The translations under genes were made by a program, and so were the position numbers. Shown piece after piece: positions 1-11,302 of a DNA stretch of 64,000 nt (positions are counted from its first letter, which is position 1; each line of letters starts with the position of its first letter). The notes beneath the pieces were generated by a model. The model was not told the DNA's origin. It searched no databases and saw only the letters and a list, made by a program, of their open reading frames with translations. The stretch is from an uncultured Solirubrobacterales bacterium (GTDB lineage: Bacteria; Actinomycetota; Thermoleophilia; Solirubrobacterales; 70-9): contig CAVYWS010000007.1 in assembly GCA_963772265.1 (NCBI GenBank), forward strand, positions 9,662-73,661, in the 5' to 3' direction.

Positions 1-44
1 GCGGCCAGGGCCTGCGGGAGGTCGGCGGCGCGAGCCTCCGCCAT
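1..44 (-). CDS. 5' end of an unidentified gene running off the window (MAEARAADLPQALA...)
   Basis: The reverse-strand ATG at 42-44 overlaps the tmk stop (ATGA). Only about 14 codons are visible. A holB-type gene often follows tmk, but that is synteny inference only. Confidence 0.2.
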   Translation of the reverse strand, partial: MAEARAADLPQALA

Positions 45-634
45 CAGGAGCGCCGCCTCTGCACCTCGGCCATCACTCGCGCGTGCACCTCCTCGACGCT
101 ACCGCTTGCGTCCACCGTCACCACTCGATCCGGGTGGCGCAGCGCGATCTCCTCGTAGGCGGAGGCAACCGCGAGCTGCAGCTCCAAGCCGGCGGCCTCG
201 AAGCGATCGTCGCCGCCGACCCGCTCCGCCACCTGCTCGGGATCTATCCACAGCAGCACGGTGAGGTCGGGGCGCAGCCCCTCCGCCGCGGCCTCGCTGA
301 GCCGCTCGGCCAGCTCGATCCCGAGCCCGCGGCCGCCTCCCTGGTAGGCGGCGGTGGAATCCGAGAAGCGGTCGCTGACGACGTCGCGCCCCGCTTCCAG
401 CGCCGGGCGGATCACCCGCCGCACGAGGTCGGCGCGGGCGGCGCAGAAGAGCAGCAGCTCGGCCATCGGATCGAGCTCGAGCTCGCCGTCGGCGAGAAGC
501 TCGCGCACCCGCTCCGCGGCCGCGGTGCCGCCCGGCTCGCGGACGAGCAGCGCGTCGGAGCCCAGCGCCTCGGCAAGCAGCCCGGCCTGGGTGCTCTTGC
601 CCGAGCCGTCGATGCCTTCCAGGGAGACGAACAT
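44..634 (-). CDS. tmk: thymidylate kinase
   Basis: P-loop MFVSLEGIDGSGKST, plus LVREPGG and DRFSDSTAAYQG. The ATG at 632-634 (reverse) was chosen because the upstream part of the 325-aa ORF is Arg/Pro-rich noise. Confidence 0.9.
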   Translation of the reverse strand: MFVSLEGIDGSGKSTQAGLLAEALGSDALLVREPGGTAAAERVRELLADGELELDPMAELLLFCAARADLVRRVIRPALEAGRDVVSDRFSDSTAAYQGGGRGLGIELAERLSEAAAEGLRPDLTVLLWIDPEQVAERVGGDDRFEAAGLELQLAVASAYEEIALRHPDRVVTVDASGSVEEVHARVMAEVQRRRS

Positions 635-683
635 CCCAGTCGCTAGTCGTTGGTCGCCAGGCCCTGGGACACGACTCGCGGTT

Positions 684-2976
684 CTAGCGCTTCGCGGCCC
701 GCTTTGCGTTCGAGGCGCGCTTGGCGCGCGTAGGTCGGGTGCGGGTCGCCGAGGCGGCTCCGGCGATCTTCGCCGCGTCCGCCTTGCCGTCGCCCTTTCC
801 GTCGGCCTCCGCGGTGGCCCCGTCTGCGTCGGCGCCGTTTTCGGCCGCGGCCTTGGCGGCCTTGGCGGCCTCGCGCTCGGCGCGCTTCTCGCGCATCTCG
901 ACCATCGTCGGGCAGTCGTCGTTGAGGCAGAGCTTCCAGGGACGCCCGCGGAAGCCCTTGACACTGAGGCGCGGCATCTCGCCGCAGACCGAGCAGCGCT
1001 CCTCCAGCCGCCAGAGGTCATAGCCGCGGCCGGGAAGCGGGCCGCTGACCGGGCAGGAGTCCGGGGACTCGGGATCGTCCTTGATCCAGCCCTCGCAGCC
1101 GTACATCCGCTTGCCGCCCTTGAGCTGGATGATCCGCAGCCGGTTGGGGCCGCCGTCCTCGCGCTTGCGGCCTGCCTCCTCGCAGACCTTGCAGGGGCCG
1201 AGGAACTTGTCCTCGTCCATCCCCGCCCAGATCTGCTTTGCGAAGTCCTCGCGGCTGCCGTCGATCTCGTCGTAGGTCTGGTGCAGCAGCTTGCGGCTGT
1301 CGCCGACGACGTCGTCCCTGGTCATCTCCCCGGAAGCGATCTGGTCCATCTCGGCCTCGAGCCGGGCGGTCATCTCCGGCGTCGCCATCTCCGGCACGTA
1401 CTTCTTGAACGCCTCGTACATCGCGATCCCGGTCTCCGAGGGGATCGGCGGGTTGGAGTAGACGTAGCCGCGGTCGAAGAGCTTCTGGATGATGTCCGCC
1501 CGCGTCGCCTTGGTGCCGAGGCCGCGCTCCTCCATCATCTCGACCAGCTTGCCCTGCGAGAGGCGCGAAGGCGGCTGGGTCTCCTTGTCGAGGATCCAGG
1601 GGTCGCCGTCGAGCGCCAGCTCCTGGCCCTCTTCGAGCTTCGGAATCTCCTCGTCGGAAGAGCGCGCGTAGGTGTAGATCGCCGCGTAGCCGGGGTCGAC
1701 CACGACCGAGCCGCGCACGAAGTAGGTCTCCGAGCCGGCCTCGATGTCGGCCCGCGTCGACTCGGTGATCATCGGCGAGCCGAAGGTTGCGAGAAAGCGT
1801 CGCGCGACCAGCTCGTAGACGCGGCGCTTGGGACCGTCGAGACCGCTGGGGTTGACGGCCTGGGTCGGGTAGATCGGGGGGTGGTCGGTGGTCTCCTTCT
1901 TGCCCCGGGTCGGCGTCAGCTTGCCGTCGAGAAGCGGCTTTGCCGCCTCGAAGTCGCGAATGTTGACCAGCGAGCGGACCAGCTCACCGACCGGCAGCGA
2001 GCTCGGATAGACCGTGTTGTCGGTGCGCGGGTAGGAGATGAAGCCGTCCATGTAGAGCTCCTCGGCGAGTCGCATCGCACGCGAAGGCGTGATCCCGAGC
2101 CGGCTCGAGGCGTCGGTGGTGAAGGCGGTGGTGTTGTAGGGGGTCGGCGGGCTTGCGGGTGTTGCGCCGCGACGCGACCTCCTTGACCTTGACGCCGGGC
2201 GACTTGGTGCCGGCGACCGCGGCGTCGGCTTCCTCGCGCTTCCAGAACTTGTCGGTCTCGTGATGGGCCTCGAAGCTGCCGTCGGGGTGCTCGAACTTCG
2301 CCAGCACCTCCCAGTACGGCTCCGCCTTGTGCGCGCGGCGCTCGAGCTCGCGCTCGACGATCAGCGCCAGGGTCGGGCTCTGCACGCGGCCGACCGAGAG
2401 GAAGTTGGAGCCGAAGCGCCGGGTCGCCAGCGAGACGGCGCGGGTCAGCGTCGCGCCCCAGAGCAGGTCGATGTCCTGACGCGCCCAGCCGGCGTGCGCA
2501 AGCGGATAGGAGAGCTCGTCGAGATTGGAGAAGGCGCGCTCGATCTCCTCCTTGGTCAGGGCCGAGTAGCGGGCCCGCTTGACCTTCGACTCCAGCTCCG
2601 GGTTGACCTCGAGGATCTCCTGCAGGGCCTCGAGCCCGATCAGCTCGCCCTCGCGGTCGAAGTCGGTGGCGATCACCAGCTCGTCGGCGTCCTTGGCGAC
2701 CTTGCGGACCGCCCGCACGACGTTCTTGTCGGTCGGCTCCTTGATCAGCTCGGCGTCGATCAGGTCGTGCAGGTCGACCTTCTGCCAGTTCGAGTAGTCC
2801 TCGGGGAAGGCGGGGTTGAGCACGTGGCCCTTGAGCCCGATCGCCATCTGGTCCCCGTCGCCGTCAGACCAGGTGTAGAAGGGGACCTTGTAGGCCTTGT
2901 CGGACTTCGGGCTGCCGCCGAGGATCTCGGCGATCTTCTTGGCGCTGTTGTTCTTTTCGGTGACGATCAGTCGCAT
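684..2976 (-). CDS. topA: DNA topoisomerase I (type IA), interrupted by one apparent 1-nt frame break near 2149
   Basis: Toprim LVIATDFDREGELIG in ORF 1984-2976. Active-site ISYPRTDN, Cys-rich Zn ribbons and a Lys/Ala-rich tail are in ORF 684-2075. The frames rejoin as ...RRNTRKP|PTPYNTTAFTTDASSRLGITPSRAMRLAEELY. Confidence 0.85.
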
Positions 2977-3084
2977 CGCGTCTCAACGTTCGTTCGGGTC
3001 GGCGAGGGTAGCAATCGGTTCAAACGACCCAAAACCGGACCGTCTGCATGAATGTGCCCGAGCAGCCAGGCAGAATGCGCGGCA

Positions 3085-4017
3085 ATGCGCTGTCTGGTGA
3101 CAGGGGGATCGGGCTTCATCGGCTCCAATCTGGTCGACGCGCTGGTCGCGCGCGGCGAGGAGGTGACGGTCATCGACGACCTCTCAACCGGCCGTCGCGA
3201 GAACCTCGACGGGGCGCTCGAGGCCGGCGCGGTGCTGATCGAGGCCGACGTCCGCGACGCCGAGGCGGTCCTCGCCCTGTTCGAGGAAAAACGCCCTGAG
3301 CTGGTCTTTCACCTCGCCGCCCAGATCGACGTCCGGCGCTCGGTCGAGGACCCGGCCTTCGACGCCTCGGTGAACGTCGGCGGCACCGCCAACCTGCTCG
3401 AGGCGGCCCGCTCGGCAGGCACCCGCCGCTTCGTCTTCATCTCAACCGGCGGCGCGATCTACGGCGAGGGCGAGGGCAAGCCGCTGCCGCTCGACGAGAG
3501 CGCCGCCGAGGAGCCGCTCTCCCCCTATGGGCAGAGCAAGCTGGCGGCCGAGGGCTACATCTCTCTATATGGACGTCTGTACGGACTTTCCGGAGTCAGC
3601 CTGCGGCTGGGCAACGTCTACGGCCCGCGCCAGGACCCGCTCGGCGAGGCTGGGGTGATCGCGATCTTCTGCGGCAAGCTGCGCGCTTCGGAGGCGCCGA
3701 CCGTCTACGGCGACGGAACCCAGACCCGTGACTACATATATGTGGGCGACGTGGTCGAGGCGGCGCTGGCGGCGGCGGCGGCCGAAGCGACCGGGTCCTT
3801 CAACATCGGCACCGGCCGCGAGACGAGCGTGCTCGAGCTGGTCGAGATGCTGCGCGAGCTGGGCGGCGGCGACGGCTTCGAGCCCAAGTTCGACCCGCCG
3901 CGGGCCGGAGAGGTGCAGCGGATCTCGATCGACAGCACCAGGGCGGGCAAGGAGCTCGGCTGGCAGGCGGCGGTCGATCTGCGCGACGGCCTCGCCAAGA
4001 CCCTGGACTCGATCTAG
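3085..4017 (+). CDS. NAD-dependent epimerase/dehydratase, UDP-glucose 4-epimerase-like
   Basis: Rossmann motif MRCLVTGGSGFIGSNL and catalytic YGQSK. ATG 3085 was preferred over the upstream ORF start. Confidence 0.8.
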   Translation: MRCLVTGGSGFIGSNLVDALVARGEEVTVIDDLSTGRRENLDGALEAGAVLIEADVRDAEAVLALFEEKRPELVFHLAAQIDVRRSVEDPAFDASVNVGGTANLLEAARSAGTRRFVFISTGGAIYGEGEGKPLPLDESAAEEPLSPYGQSKLAAEGYISLYGRLYGLSGVSLRLGNVYGPRQDPLGEAGVIAIFCGKLRASEAPTVYGDGTQTRDYIYVGDVVEAALAAAAAEATGSFNIGTGRETSVLELVEMLRELGGGDGFEPKFDPPRAGEVQRISIDSTRAGKELGWQAAVDLRDGLAKTLDSI

Positions 4018-4028
4018 CCCGCTCCGGC

Positions 4029-6091
4029 CTAGGGCGGCGGGGTCCCGAAGGCGGTCGGGGACCGCTGCGGGGGCACCTCGAGCGGGTAGAGCAGGTCGCC
4101 GGGGTTCGGGCGGGGCTGGAAGGCGAGCGGGTTGTCGTCGGCCTCGCGGCGCAGCGCCGCCGCCGCCCCCGGTAGTCGCCCTGCAGGAACTCGAACTGCG
4201 ATAGCCGCTGCCAGGTCTCGAAGTTGTCGGGTTGCAGGCGGGTCGCCTCGGCCAGAAGCGAGGCCGCCTCGCCGTCTTCGCCGCGGAGCCGCGCGATCGC
4301 GACCTCGGTGAACAGCGGCTCGACGCTGAGCGGGTTGAGCTTGTGGGCCAGGTCGGCCTCCGACGCGGCCTGCTTCAGGTCTCCTCCGGCGGCGTCGCGC
4401 AGCGCCTCCACCCGCTTCGTCTCGGCCATCGAGGGAAGCGCCGCGGATGCGGCAAGCAGGACTGCTCCGAGGGCTGTGGCGGCGGCGAGCAGGGCGGGCG
4501 CGGTGCGGCGCGAGGAACGCCGCACGGCGCCGGGGGAAGGCGCTGCCGCAACGCTGGCCGCAATCAGCGCCGGGATCGTCACCGCGGGAATCTCCCAGTC
4601 CCAGTCGACCAGCGAGTGAACTGCCCAGGCCGTTGCCGCGGCGAGCAGGGCGAGGCGCGCCGACCGCTCTACCCCACTCGAGTCACCGAGCCGCCTCACC
4701 CCCGCCGCCCCGAGCAGGCCGAGGCCGCCGAGCCCCAGCAGCCCTCCGACCAGCCCGGTGTCGGAGAGGAACTGGAGCGGAACGCTGTGGGTCGAGCGCA
4801 CCGGGGCGTCATAGCGGCGGTAGAGGTAGCGGACGACCGGGAACGAGCCCGCCCCCCAGCCGCCGAGCGGCTTGTCGCTGAACGCTCCCGCCGCCTCCTG
4901 CCACCAGATCCAGCGATTGGACCCGTTGGAGGAGATCAGCCGGCTTGGGTCGTTCCCGGGCCCGGCCTTGGGCTCCTTGAAGGTGTCGACCTGGTGCGAG
5001 ATCGAGCCGACCAAGCCGCGGCTCGAGACGGCGAGCATTCCGGCGACCGCGATCGCGAACACCAGGACCCCCGCGGCCAACAGCCGCCAGACGCCGCGAG
5101 CCCGCTGCGGCGACCAGCGAACGGTGGCCTCGAGGCGCAGCAGCTCGCGGCAGGCGATAGCGGCGGCGGCGAGGCTGAGCAGCAGGACGAGGCCGAGAAC
5201 CGCCCCCTCGCCGGCCCGCTGGTGGACCGAGAGTCCACCTGTGGAGAGGTCATGGAGACCGAAGGCGAGAGCGATCGAGGGCATCGCGACGGCCACAGCG
5301 GCGATTCCGGCGGCGAGCCGGCGCAGCCGCTGCGGCCCGGCTCCGACCATCACCGCCAGCACCGCCAGATAGGCGAGCAGCGCTCCGCGCGAGTAGGTGC
5401 ATGCGGTCGTCAGCACGAGCACGACCAGGGCCAGCATCGCCCCGACCCGCACCCGCGCCGCCCAGTCCGGCGAGGCGGCCAGCCAGATGCAGACCGGGGC
5501 CGCCATCACGCAGAGGATCCCGACCGCGTTCCAGTATCCGATCGGCTCGCGGACCCTGGAGAACTCGTCCCCGGGGTTGAGGTCGAAGAAGGCAAGGTGA
5601 AGCCCGGGAACGATCTTGCCGCCGAGCGCATAGAGCGCCACCACCAGCGACGCCGCGGCGAGCCCGATCGCGACCCCGCGCGGCGCGGCGCGCGTGTTCG
5701 AGGCCGCGATCACCGCGACCGCGGCGATCACCGTGTAGGCGATCGCCCGGTTGGCGGCCAGCCAGGTCTCGTCCGGCGCCGCCGACCAGAGCACCGAGAG
5801 CGCGCTCCACAGCGCGAAGCAGCCGAGCAACGCCACCCCGGTCCAGACCAGTGCGACGCTCGCCGATCGCAGGGCCCCGGCGGCGAAGCCGAGGCCGCAG
5901 GCCATGCCGATCCCGGCGATGCCGACCTGGAGCCGGCTCTCCTGCGGGATCGAGGTGGCGCCGTTGCTGAACGCGGCGTAGAGGCCGGCGACGACCAGGA
6001 TCACCAACAACCAGCCCCCGAAGCCGAGATCCGCGACGGTGTCGCGTGCGCGCCACAGCCGGTCTCGCCCGGCGAGAGTCACCGCTTCCAT
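4029..6091 (-). CDS. O-antigen ligase-like (Wzy_C) polytopic membrane protein with C-terminal TPR region; frame break in a G/C run at about 4166-4171
   Basis: Multiple TM helices, SRGALLAYL, and GGWGAGSF...THSVPLQFLSDTGLVGG. After ...FLQGDYRG, the high-GC3 frame continues AAAALRREADDNPLAFQPRPNPGDLLYPLEVPPQRSPTAFGTPPP* and stops at 4029. The listed ORF tail instead overlaps the epimerase gene. Confidence 0.6.
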
Positions 6092-6141
6092 CGCGCCCAA
6101 TCTAGTTGACCGCAACCAATCGCCTCTAAGGTTCAGTCGGG

Positions 6142-6613
6142 ATGCGCTTCCTCCTCCCCGCGATCCTCGCCGCGATGGTCGCGCTGCTGCTTGCGGCGCC
6201 GGCCCAGGCCGATTTCCAGACCCTCTACGACGACTACCGGGCCGACGGGGTGATCGACGGCTGCGCCTACACCTCCGGTGAGCTCAGCAACGGGCTCGGC
6301 GACATTCCCGCCGACGTGCGCCAGTACGACCCCGGCTTCCCCGAGGCCCTGAATGCGGCTCTGGACCAGGTGGCGGCAGGCTGCCACGCGACCCCCGCCG
6401 CGGTCGCCCGCAACGAGGTGACCGCGGCCGACGGCTCTCCCGGGCCCGGCGGTGCCGCACAGGCTCGTCTTCGAAGCCGGCGGGGCCGACCGCGGGCTGC
6501 CCGGCGTTCTGGTGGCGCTGATCGCCGTGCTTGCGGCGGCACTCGCTGCAGCCGCCGTCCTCGCGCTCGCCCACTACTACGGCTGGGATCTGCGGCTGCG
6601 CCGCGGTCCCTAA
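6142..6613 (+). CDS. hypothetical secreted protein with C-terminal TM anchor; frame break somewhere in 6425-6460
   Basis: Signal peptide [23 protein letters not shown]. The alternate frame gives [39 protein letters not shown] (TM helix plus basic tail). The listed frame decays into Arg-rich sequence overlapping the next gene. Confidence 0.45.
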
Positions 6614-6704
6614 CCTTTGTCGCATGCCCGCCCAGGCCTACGCCGGCAAGCAATGCGTCTGCCAGCTCCGCAAGGGGATCTGCGACCAGTCCTGCGTGCG
6701 CGAC

Positions 6705-7374
6705 ATGCTGGAGACGCCGCTCTACATCGCCTGCCTGAAGCTGAAGGGGCGCCGTTGCGTCGTCGTCGGGGGCGGTGACATCGGCCTGGAGAAGGTCGAG
6801 GGCCTGCTGCTCTGCGACGCCGACGTCACCCTGATCGCACCCGACGCGGTCGAGGCGCTGCAGGACTACTCGGCCGAGGGCTCGATCTCCTGGCAGCGGC
6901 GGGAGTACGGGGGGCCGGGAGACCTCGAGGGAGCCTTCATGGTGATCGCGGCGACCAACCTCAGCGAGGTCAACATCCGCGTCTACGAGGATGCCGAGGC
7001 TGCGGGCGATGCTGGTCAACGTCGTCGACGTGCCGCCGCTCTGCAACTTCATCCTGCCGGCGATCGTGCGCAGCGGCCCGCTGGCGATCGCGATCTCGAC
7101 CGCCGGCGCCTCGCCGGCGCTGGCGAAGCGGATGAAGCGCGAGATCGCCGACGCCTTCGGCGAGCCCTACGCGCGGCTCGCGGTGATGCTCAACGACGCC
7201 CGCGGCTGGGCGAAGGCAACGCTGCCCACCTACCAGGACCGCAAGGAGTTCTTCGAGGGCATCGTCAACGGCGATCCCGACCCGGTGCAGCTGGTCCGCG
7301 AGGGCCGCGAGTCCGAGGTGCTGGCGCTGATCGAGGCGGCCAAGGCCACCCACGGCGCCGTCGCCAGCGGGTAA
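6705..7374 (+). CDS. precorrin-2 dehydrogenase / sirohydrochlorin ferrochelatase (CysG N-terminal/SirC-type); frame break near 7006
   Basis: [21 protein letters not shown] (NAD fold) lies in one frame. [43 protein letters not shown] continues in the next frame. Confidence 0.75.
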
Positions 7375-7425
7375 CTGCGAAGCACGGGCCGGTCGGCGAG
7401 CAGTTGCTGCGCCGGGCCCTTCCGA

Positions 7426-8832
7426 CTAGGTGCCGGCGTCGGCGGTGGTCAGGATGTTGCGGTTCGAGCGGAACAGGTTGTTGGGGTCGTATGACTGCTT
7501 GACGGCCAGCAGGCGCTCGAAGTTGTCGCCGTAGCTCGCCCGGATCTGCTCCTCCTCCTCGTCGGCGGTCTGGAAGTTGATGTAGGTGGCGCCGGTCGAG
7601 AACGGCAGAAGCCGTTCACCGCCATCGCGGACCCACTGCCCGAAAGCGTCCTCGTCCGGCTCCTGCGACCCCCACATCCCTTTGACGCCCACCACGTAGC
7701 GGCAGTCGCGGTTCCCGACCGCCCCGTCGTCCGGCTGGTGCTCGTTGAGCCGGCCACCGAGGTGCAGGAAGCCGATCTCCCCGCCGGGCATCGGGCATTC
7801 GGCAAACACGTCCCTCGCCTTCGACAGGAGCTCGTCGCTCAGCTCGGTCGCGTATCCGGTCCTCCAGTAGTAGTGGTTTCCCCTCGGCTCGGTCTCGTCG
7901 AGGTATGACTGCAGCTGCGTGTAGGGCTGCTCCTGAAGTAGGTCCAACACCGGGTCGCCCAGGGCTCGGATCGGCGCCAGCACCTCGTCGGTGCGGTCGA
8001 GGTCGCCGCTGTAGCAGACCGACATCGCGCAGATCCGCCTCCCGTGCCACTCCTCGGGCACGAAGGGCGCCGGCGGCGCCTGCAGGAGGATCAGCCAGAC
8101 CGCCAATTCGCGCGGTGCTTCGACCGTGATCGCCCGGTACGCGTGCAGGATCTCGTCCGCCCGCTCGAACGGCCAGGCGATCAGCCCGCCGAAGACGGCG
8201 GGTCCAACCGGGTGGAGGCGGAAGGTGAACGAGGTCACCGCGCCGAGGTTCGCGCCGGCGCCGCGAACCGCCCAGAACAGGTCGGCGTTCTGTTCGCGGC
8301 TCGCTCGCCGGGCCACACCGTCGGCGGTGACGATCTCGACCTCGAGCAGGTTGTCGACGGTCCACCCGAACCGACGGGTCAGGTAGCCGAGCCCGCCGCC
8401 CAGCGTGAGGCCGGCCACGCCCACCTCGGAGATAAAACCGAGCGGCGTGGCCAGACCGTGGAGCTGGGTCTCGCGGTCGACGTCGGCGAGCAGGCAGCCG
8501 GCCTGAACCTTCGCCGTCCGCGACTCGGGGTCCACCAGGACCCCCCGGAGGCGGCCCATGTCCACGGTCAGCCCACCGTCGACGAGGGCGGTGCCGGCGA
8601 TGTTGTGGCCGCCTCCCCGCACCGAGAGCGCCAGGTCGTGCTCGCGTGCGAAGTCCACCGCCGCCACCACGTCGGCCGTGGAAGTGGCCTGCACGACGCG
8701 CGCCGGCGTCTTCTCGATCATGCCGTTCCAAAGCAGCGTCGCCTGCTCGAAGCCGGGATCGCCCGGGGCGAGCAGCGGGCCGCGCACCCGGTCTCGCAAC
8801 GCCTTGACGGCGGCTTCGGCGTGGGCGGTCAT
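7426..8832 (-). CDS. FAD-linked oxidase with berberine-bridge-enzyme-like C-terminus
   Basis: FAD_binding_4-type [13 protein letters not shown] and C-terminal [18 protein letters not shown]. The ATG (MTAHAEAAV) overlaps the upstream gene's stop as ATGA. Confidence 0.8.
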   Translation of the reverse strand: MTAHAEAAVKALRDRVRGPLLAPGDPGFEQATLLWNGMIEKTPARVVQATSTADVVAAVDFAREHDLALSVRGGGHNIAGTALVDGGLTVDMGRLRGVLVDPESRTAKVQAGCLLADVDRETQLHGLATPLGFISEVGVAGLTLGGGLGYLTRRFGWTVDNLLEVEIVTADGVARRASREQNADLFWAVRGAGANLGAVTSFTFRLHPVGPAVFGGLIAWPFERADEILHAYRAITVEAPRELAVWLILLQAPPAPFVPEEWHGRRICAMSVCYSGDLDRTDEVLAPIRALGDPVLDLLQEQPYTQLQSYLDETEPRGNHYYWRTGYATELSDELLSKARDVFAECPMPGGEIGFLHLGGRLNEHQPDDGAVGNRDCRYVVGVKGMWGSQEPDEDAFGQWVRDGGERLLPFSTGATYINFQTADEEEEQIRASYGDNFERLLAVKQSYDPNNLFRSNRNILTTADAGT

Positions 8833-9692
8833 GAGGCCACCGCCTCGGGGGCGCCGATCGCGGCCCGCAGCGCGGCCACGAACGCTTCCGGCTGGTCGCG
8901 CGGCGGATCGTCGGCGCAGTTCTCGATCACCCGCAACGGCCATCCGTAGCGGGCGCTCGCGGCCTCGGCGATCTGCAGACGCGACGCGCGGTCCTGCCGG
9001 CCCCAGATCAGCGAAGTCGGAACCTCGATGCGGGCCAGCTCCTGCTCCGGGATCCGCGGCAGGCCGACGGCCCGGAAGAGGCGGCCGGCGGCCTTGGCGT
9101 TGGGCCCGCGCGCCAGGTCGAGGTTGTAGGTGACGAACGGCTCCCAGCGCTCGCCCATCCCTTCGCGCAGCCCGTCGAGGTCGAACGAGCACTGGCGCAT
9201 GAAGCGGTTGTAGGTCCGCTCGTTGGGCCGGATCTGGAAGCCGAGTAGCGTCAGGGCGAATTTCGGCGCCGGCCAGAACCGCGCCAGCCCGAGGGTGTCG
9301 ACGAGCACCACCCGGTCCAGGCGGTCGCCTCGCTCGCTCGCGAAGCGGGCGGCGATGGCGCCGCCCAGCACGTGCCCGACCAGCACCGGCGGCGACGGGC
9401 AGGTGCTTTCAATCAGCCCTTCGAGCCAGTCGAGCGCCAGTTCGGCGTCCAGCGGCCGTTCGCCCACCCCGGAGGCGCCGTGCGCGGGCAGGTCGGGGGC
9501 CACCACCCGAAAGCCGGCCACCAGGTCCGGGATCACCCGCATCCACTTGGCCCCGAACTCCCCGGGGCCGTGCAAGAGCACGAGCGGGGGGCCGTCGCCG
9601 CCCTCCAGCACGGCGGTCGACACGCCGGCCAGCTCGAGCCGTCGCTCGCGGACGGGGATCCCTTCCAGCAATTTCTCTCTGTCATCGATCAT
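8829..9692 (-). CDS. alpha/beta-hydrolase-fold protein lacking the canonical nucleophile and His
   Basis: PLVLLHGPGEF oxyanion region. The nucleophile elbow reads VGHVLGGAIA (Val where Ser is expected). The C-terminal region reads ENCADDPPRDQPEAF where GH..E.P is expected. Confidence 0.7.
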   Translation of the reverse strand: MIDDREKLLEGIPVRERRLELAGVSTAVLEGGDGPPLVLLHGPGEFGAKWMRVIPDLVAGFRVVAPDLPAHGASGVGERPLDAELALDWLEGLIESTCPSPPVLVGHVLGGAIAARFASERGDRLDRVVLVDTLGLARFWPAPKFALTLLGFQIRPNERTYNRFMRQCSFDLDGLREGMGERWEPFVTYNLDLARGPNAKAAGRLFRAVGLPRIPEQELARIEVPTSLIWGRQDRASRLQIAEAASARYGWPLRVIENCADDPPRDQPEAFVAALRAAIGAPEAVAS

Positions 9693-9811
9693 GGCCGCGA
9701 CACTAGGGGTGGCTCAACCGCTCCGCATCGGCTGAAGCACCCAACTTCCGCGGCGCGGCGGAGTGGGTGTTTTCACCCACACCCAGCTCGGGCTCCGTCG
9801 ACCGTGGGGTC

Positions 9812-11302
9812 TCAGACGAGCTGATGCTCGTACGCGTAGGCCGTGGCCGCCGAGCGCGATGAGACCCGCAGCTTGGCGAGGATGTTGCTCACATGGCGGT
9901 CCACTGTGCGCTCGCTGAGCACGAGCTCGGTGGCGATCGCCTTGTTGGTCTGCCCGGCCGCCACCAGGCGCAGCACCTCCAGCTCGCGGGCGGTCAGCCC
10001 GTGGGAGCCGGCGGGGGCGGCGCCGAGGAGCGACTCGAGCCGGGCAAGATCGGGTGCCGCCCCGAGCTCCGCAAAGGTGCCGCGGGCGGCCTCGAGCTCG
10101 AGAGCGGCCGCGTCGTCGTCCCCGAGCGCGCGGCAGGCGAGGCCCAGCAGCACCCGCGCCCGGGCGGCGTCATAAGGCGCCTCGATCCTCTGCCACTCCT
10201 CCCACGCCCGCCGGAGCGAGATCAGGGCGGTGCCAGCGTCACCCTCCGCCAGCTCGAGCGCCCCGCGCGCCTGGGCGACCAGTGCAGCGCGCATCCCTTC
10301 CTCCTCTCCGCCCAAGATCTTCTCGAAGCGGCCACTCGCGCTGCGAGCCTCCTCGGTCTCTCCGGCGGCCAACATGATCTCCACGTAGGCGGGCAGCAGC
10401 ATCGCAAGCTTCAACGGCTCGCCGGTCTCGCCCACCACCCGGCGGATCGCGGCGATCGCGGCGTCGGGTTTGCCCTGAGCCAGCCGCAGCAGGGCGAGGC
10501 CCGGCTGCGGCTCCCACCCGCATAGGCTCGCCTCCCGGTAGGCCGCCTCGGCAGCGGCGAATTCCCCCCGCAGGCGATGGACTTCCCCTTGCCTGTAGGA
10601 GGCATGCCCGGCGGCCGTGCGGTTGGCTTGATCGGCGAAACGCTCCCCCGCCCGCCGCGCCTCCTCCAGCGCGTCCGGCCATGCGCCGCTCAGCTCCATG
10701 ATCTCGGCGCGATGCAGCAGGCATTTTCCTGTGTGGGCCACCATCTCGGGCTGCTGCTCGCACCAGCGGGTCAGCGCCGCGGTCCACTCCCGGGCGCGGC
10801 GAACCTCGGAAATCTCCTGGCAGAAGGCGATCACGTTGCAATAGACCAGGCCGGTGACGATCGGCGACAGCTCTCCCGCGGTCACGGCGACCATGGTCTC
10901 GTCGAGCAGCCTGAGGCCCTCCTCGGTGTGGCCAAGCCTGACCAGGGCGTGGCCGTGCTCGTGCCGGGCCATGGCGACCAGATCCGCGTCGCCGAAGAGC
11001 TCGCCGATCTCGGCGGCCTCGGCCGCGGTGGCGCGCGCCGCATCGGCGTCGCCGCCGGCCACCTGCTGCAGCAGGAGCGGGATCAGAAGGTAGCCCCGCT
11101 CGACGCAGTCGCTCTGCTGGCGCTCGAGCAGCCGCTGCCCGCGGCCGAACCATCCACTGGCCTGACCCATATCGCCCCTGGTCGCCTGGGAGACCCCCAC
11201 CCAGAAGGCGCAGCGCACCGCGCGCGGGCCATCGCCGGCTTTCAGATGGGCGTGATGGGCACGCTCGAGCGCAGCCGCGAAGTCGTCGTCGCGGTTGAGC
11301 AT
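9812..11302 (-). CDS. LuxR-family transcriptional regulator with TPR-like helical repeats; true 5' end uncertain
   Basis: C-terminal HTH LTARELEVLRLVAAGQTNKAIATELVLSERTVDRHVSNILAKL. The coding-like frame stays open upstream to about 11446 (..LKGAWLDAHEALSRADRDASLGAEDLELLATAAY-MLNRDDD) with no in-frame ATG, GTG or TTG. Confidence 0.7.
   Translation of the reverse strand: MLNRDDDFAAALERAHHAHLKAGDGPRAVRCAFWVGVSQATRGDMGQASGWFGRGQRLLERQQSDCVERGYLLIPLLLQQVAGGDADAARATAAEAAEIGELFGDADLVAMARHEHGHALVRLGHTEEGLRLLDETMVAVTAGELSPIVTGLVYCNVIAFCQEISEVRRAREWTAALTRWCEQQPEMVAHTGKCLLHRAEIMELSGAWPDALEEARRAGERFADQANRTAAGHASYRQGEVHRLRGEFAAAEAAYREASLCGWEPQPGLALLRLAQGKPDAAIAAIRRVVGETGEPLKLAMLLPAYVEIMLAAGETEEARSASGRFEKILGGEEEGMRAALVAQARGALELAEGDAGTALISLRRAWEEWQRIEAPYDAARARVLLGLACRALGDDDAAALELEAARGTFAELGAAPDLARLESLLGAAPAGSHGLTARELEVLRLVAAGQTNKAIATELVLSERTVDRHVSNILAKLRVSSRSAATAYAYEHQLV

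Noticed and set aside
354-2186. 610-aa plus-strand ORF. Similar long ORFs include 4232-6109 (+), 33230-34408 (-), 36593-38209 (-), 41876-42955 (-), 45449-46909 (-) and 49943-51454 (-).
   Set aside because: All lie opposite strongly supported genes (topA, Wzy_C, nuoD, nuoG, nuoL, nuoN, decarboxylase). All have Arg/Pro/Gly/Asp-dominated composition with no motifs.
3005-3030. The sequence ggttcaaacgaccc, reminiscent of a tRNA T-arm, in the topA / epimerase divergent region.
   Set aside because: No acceptor stem, anticodon arm or D-arm can be folded around it.
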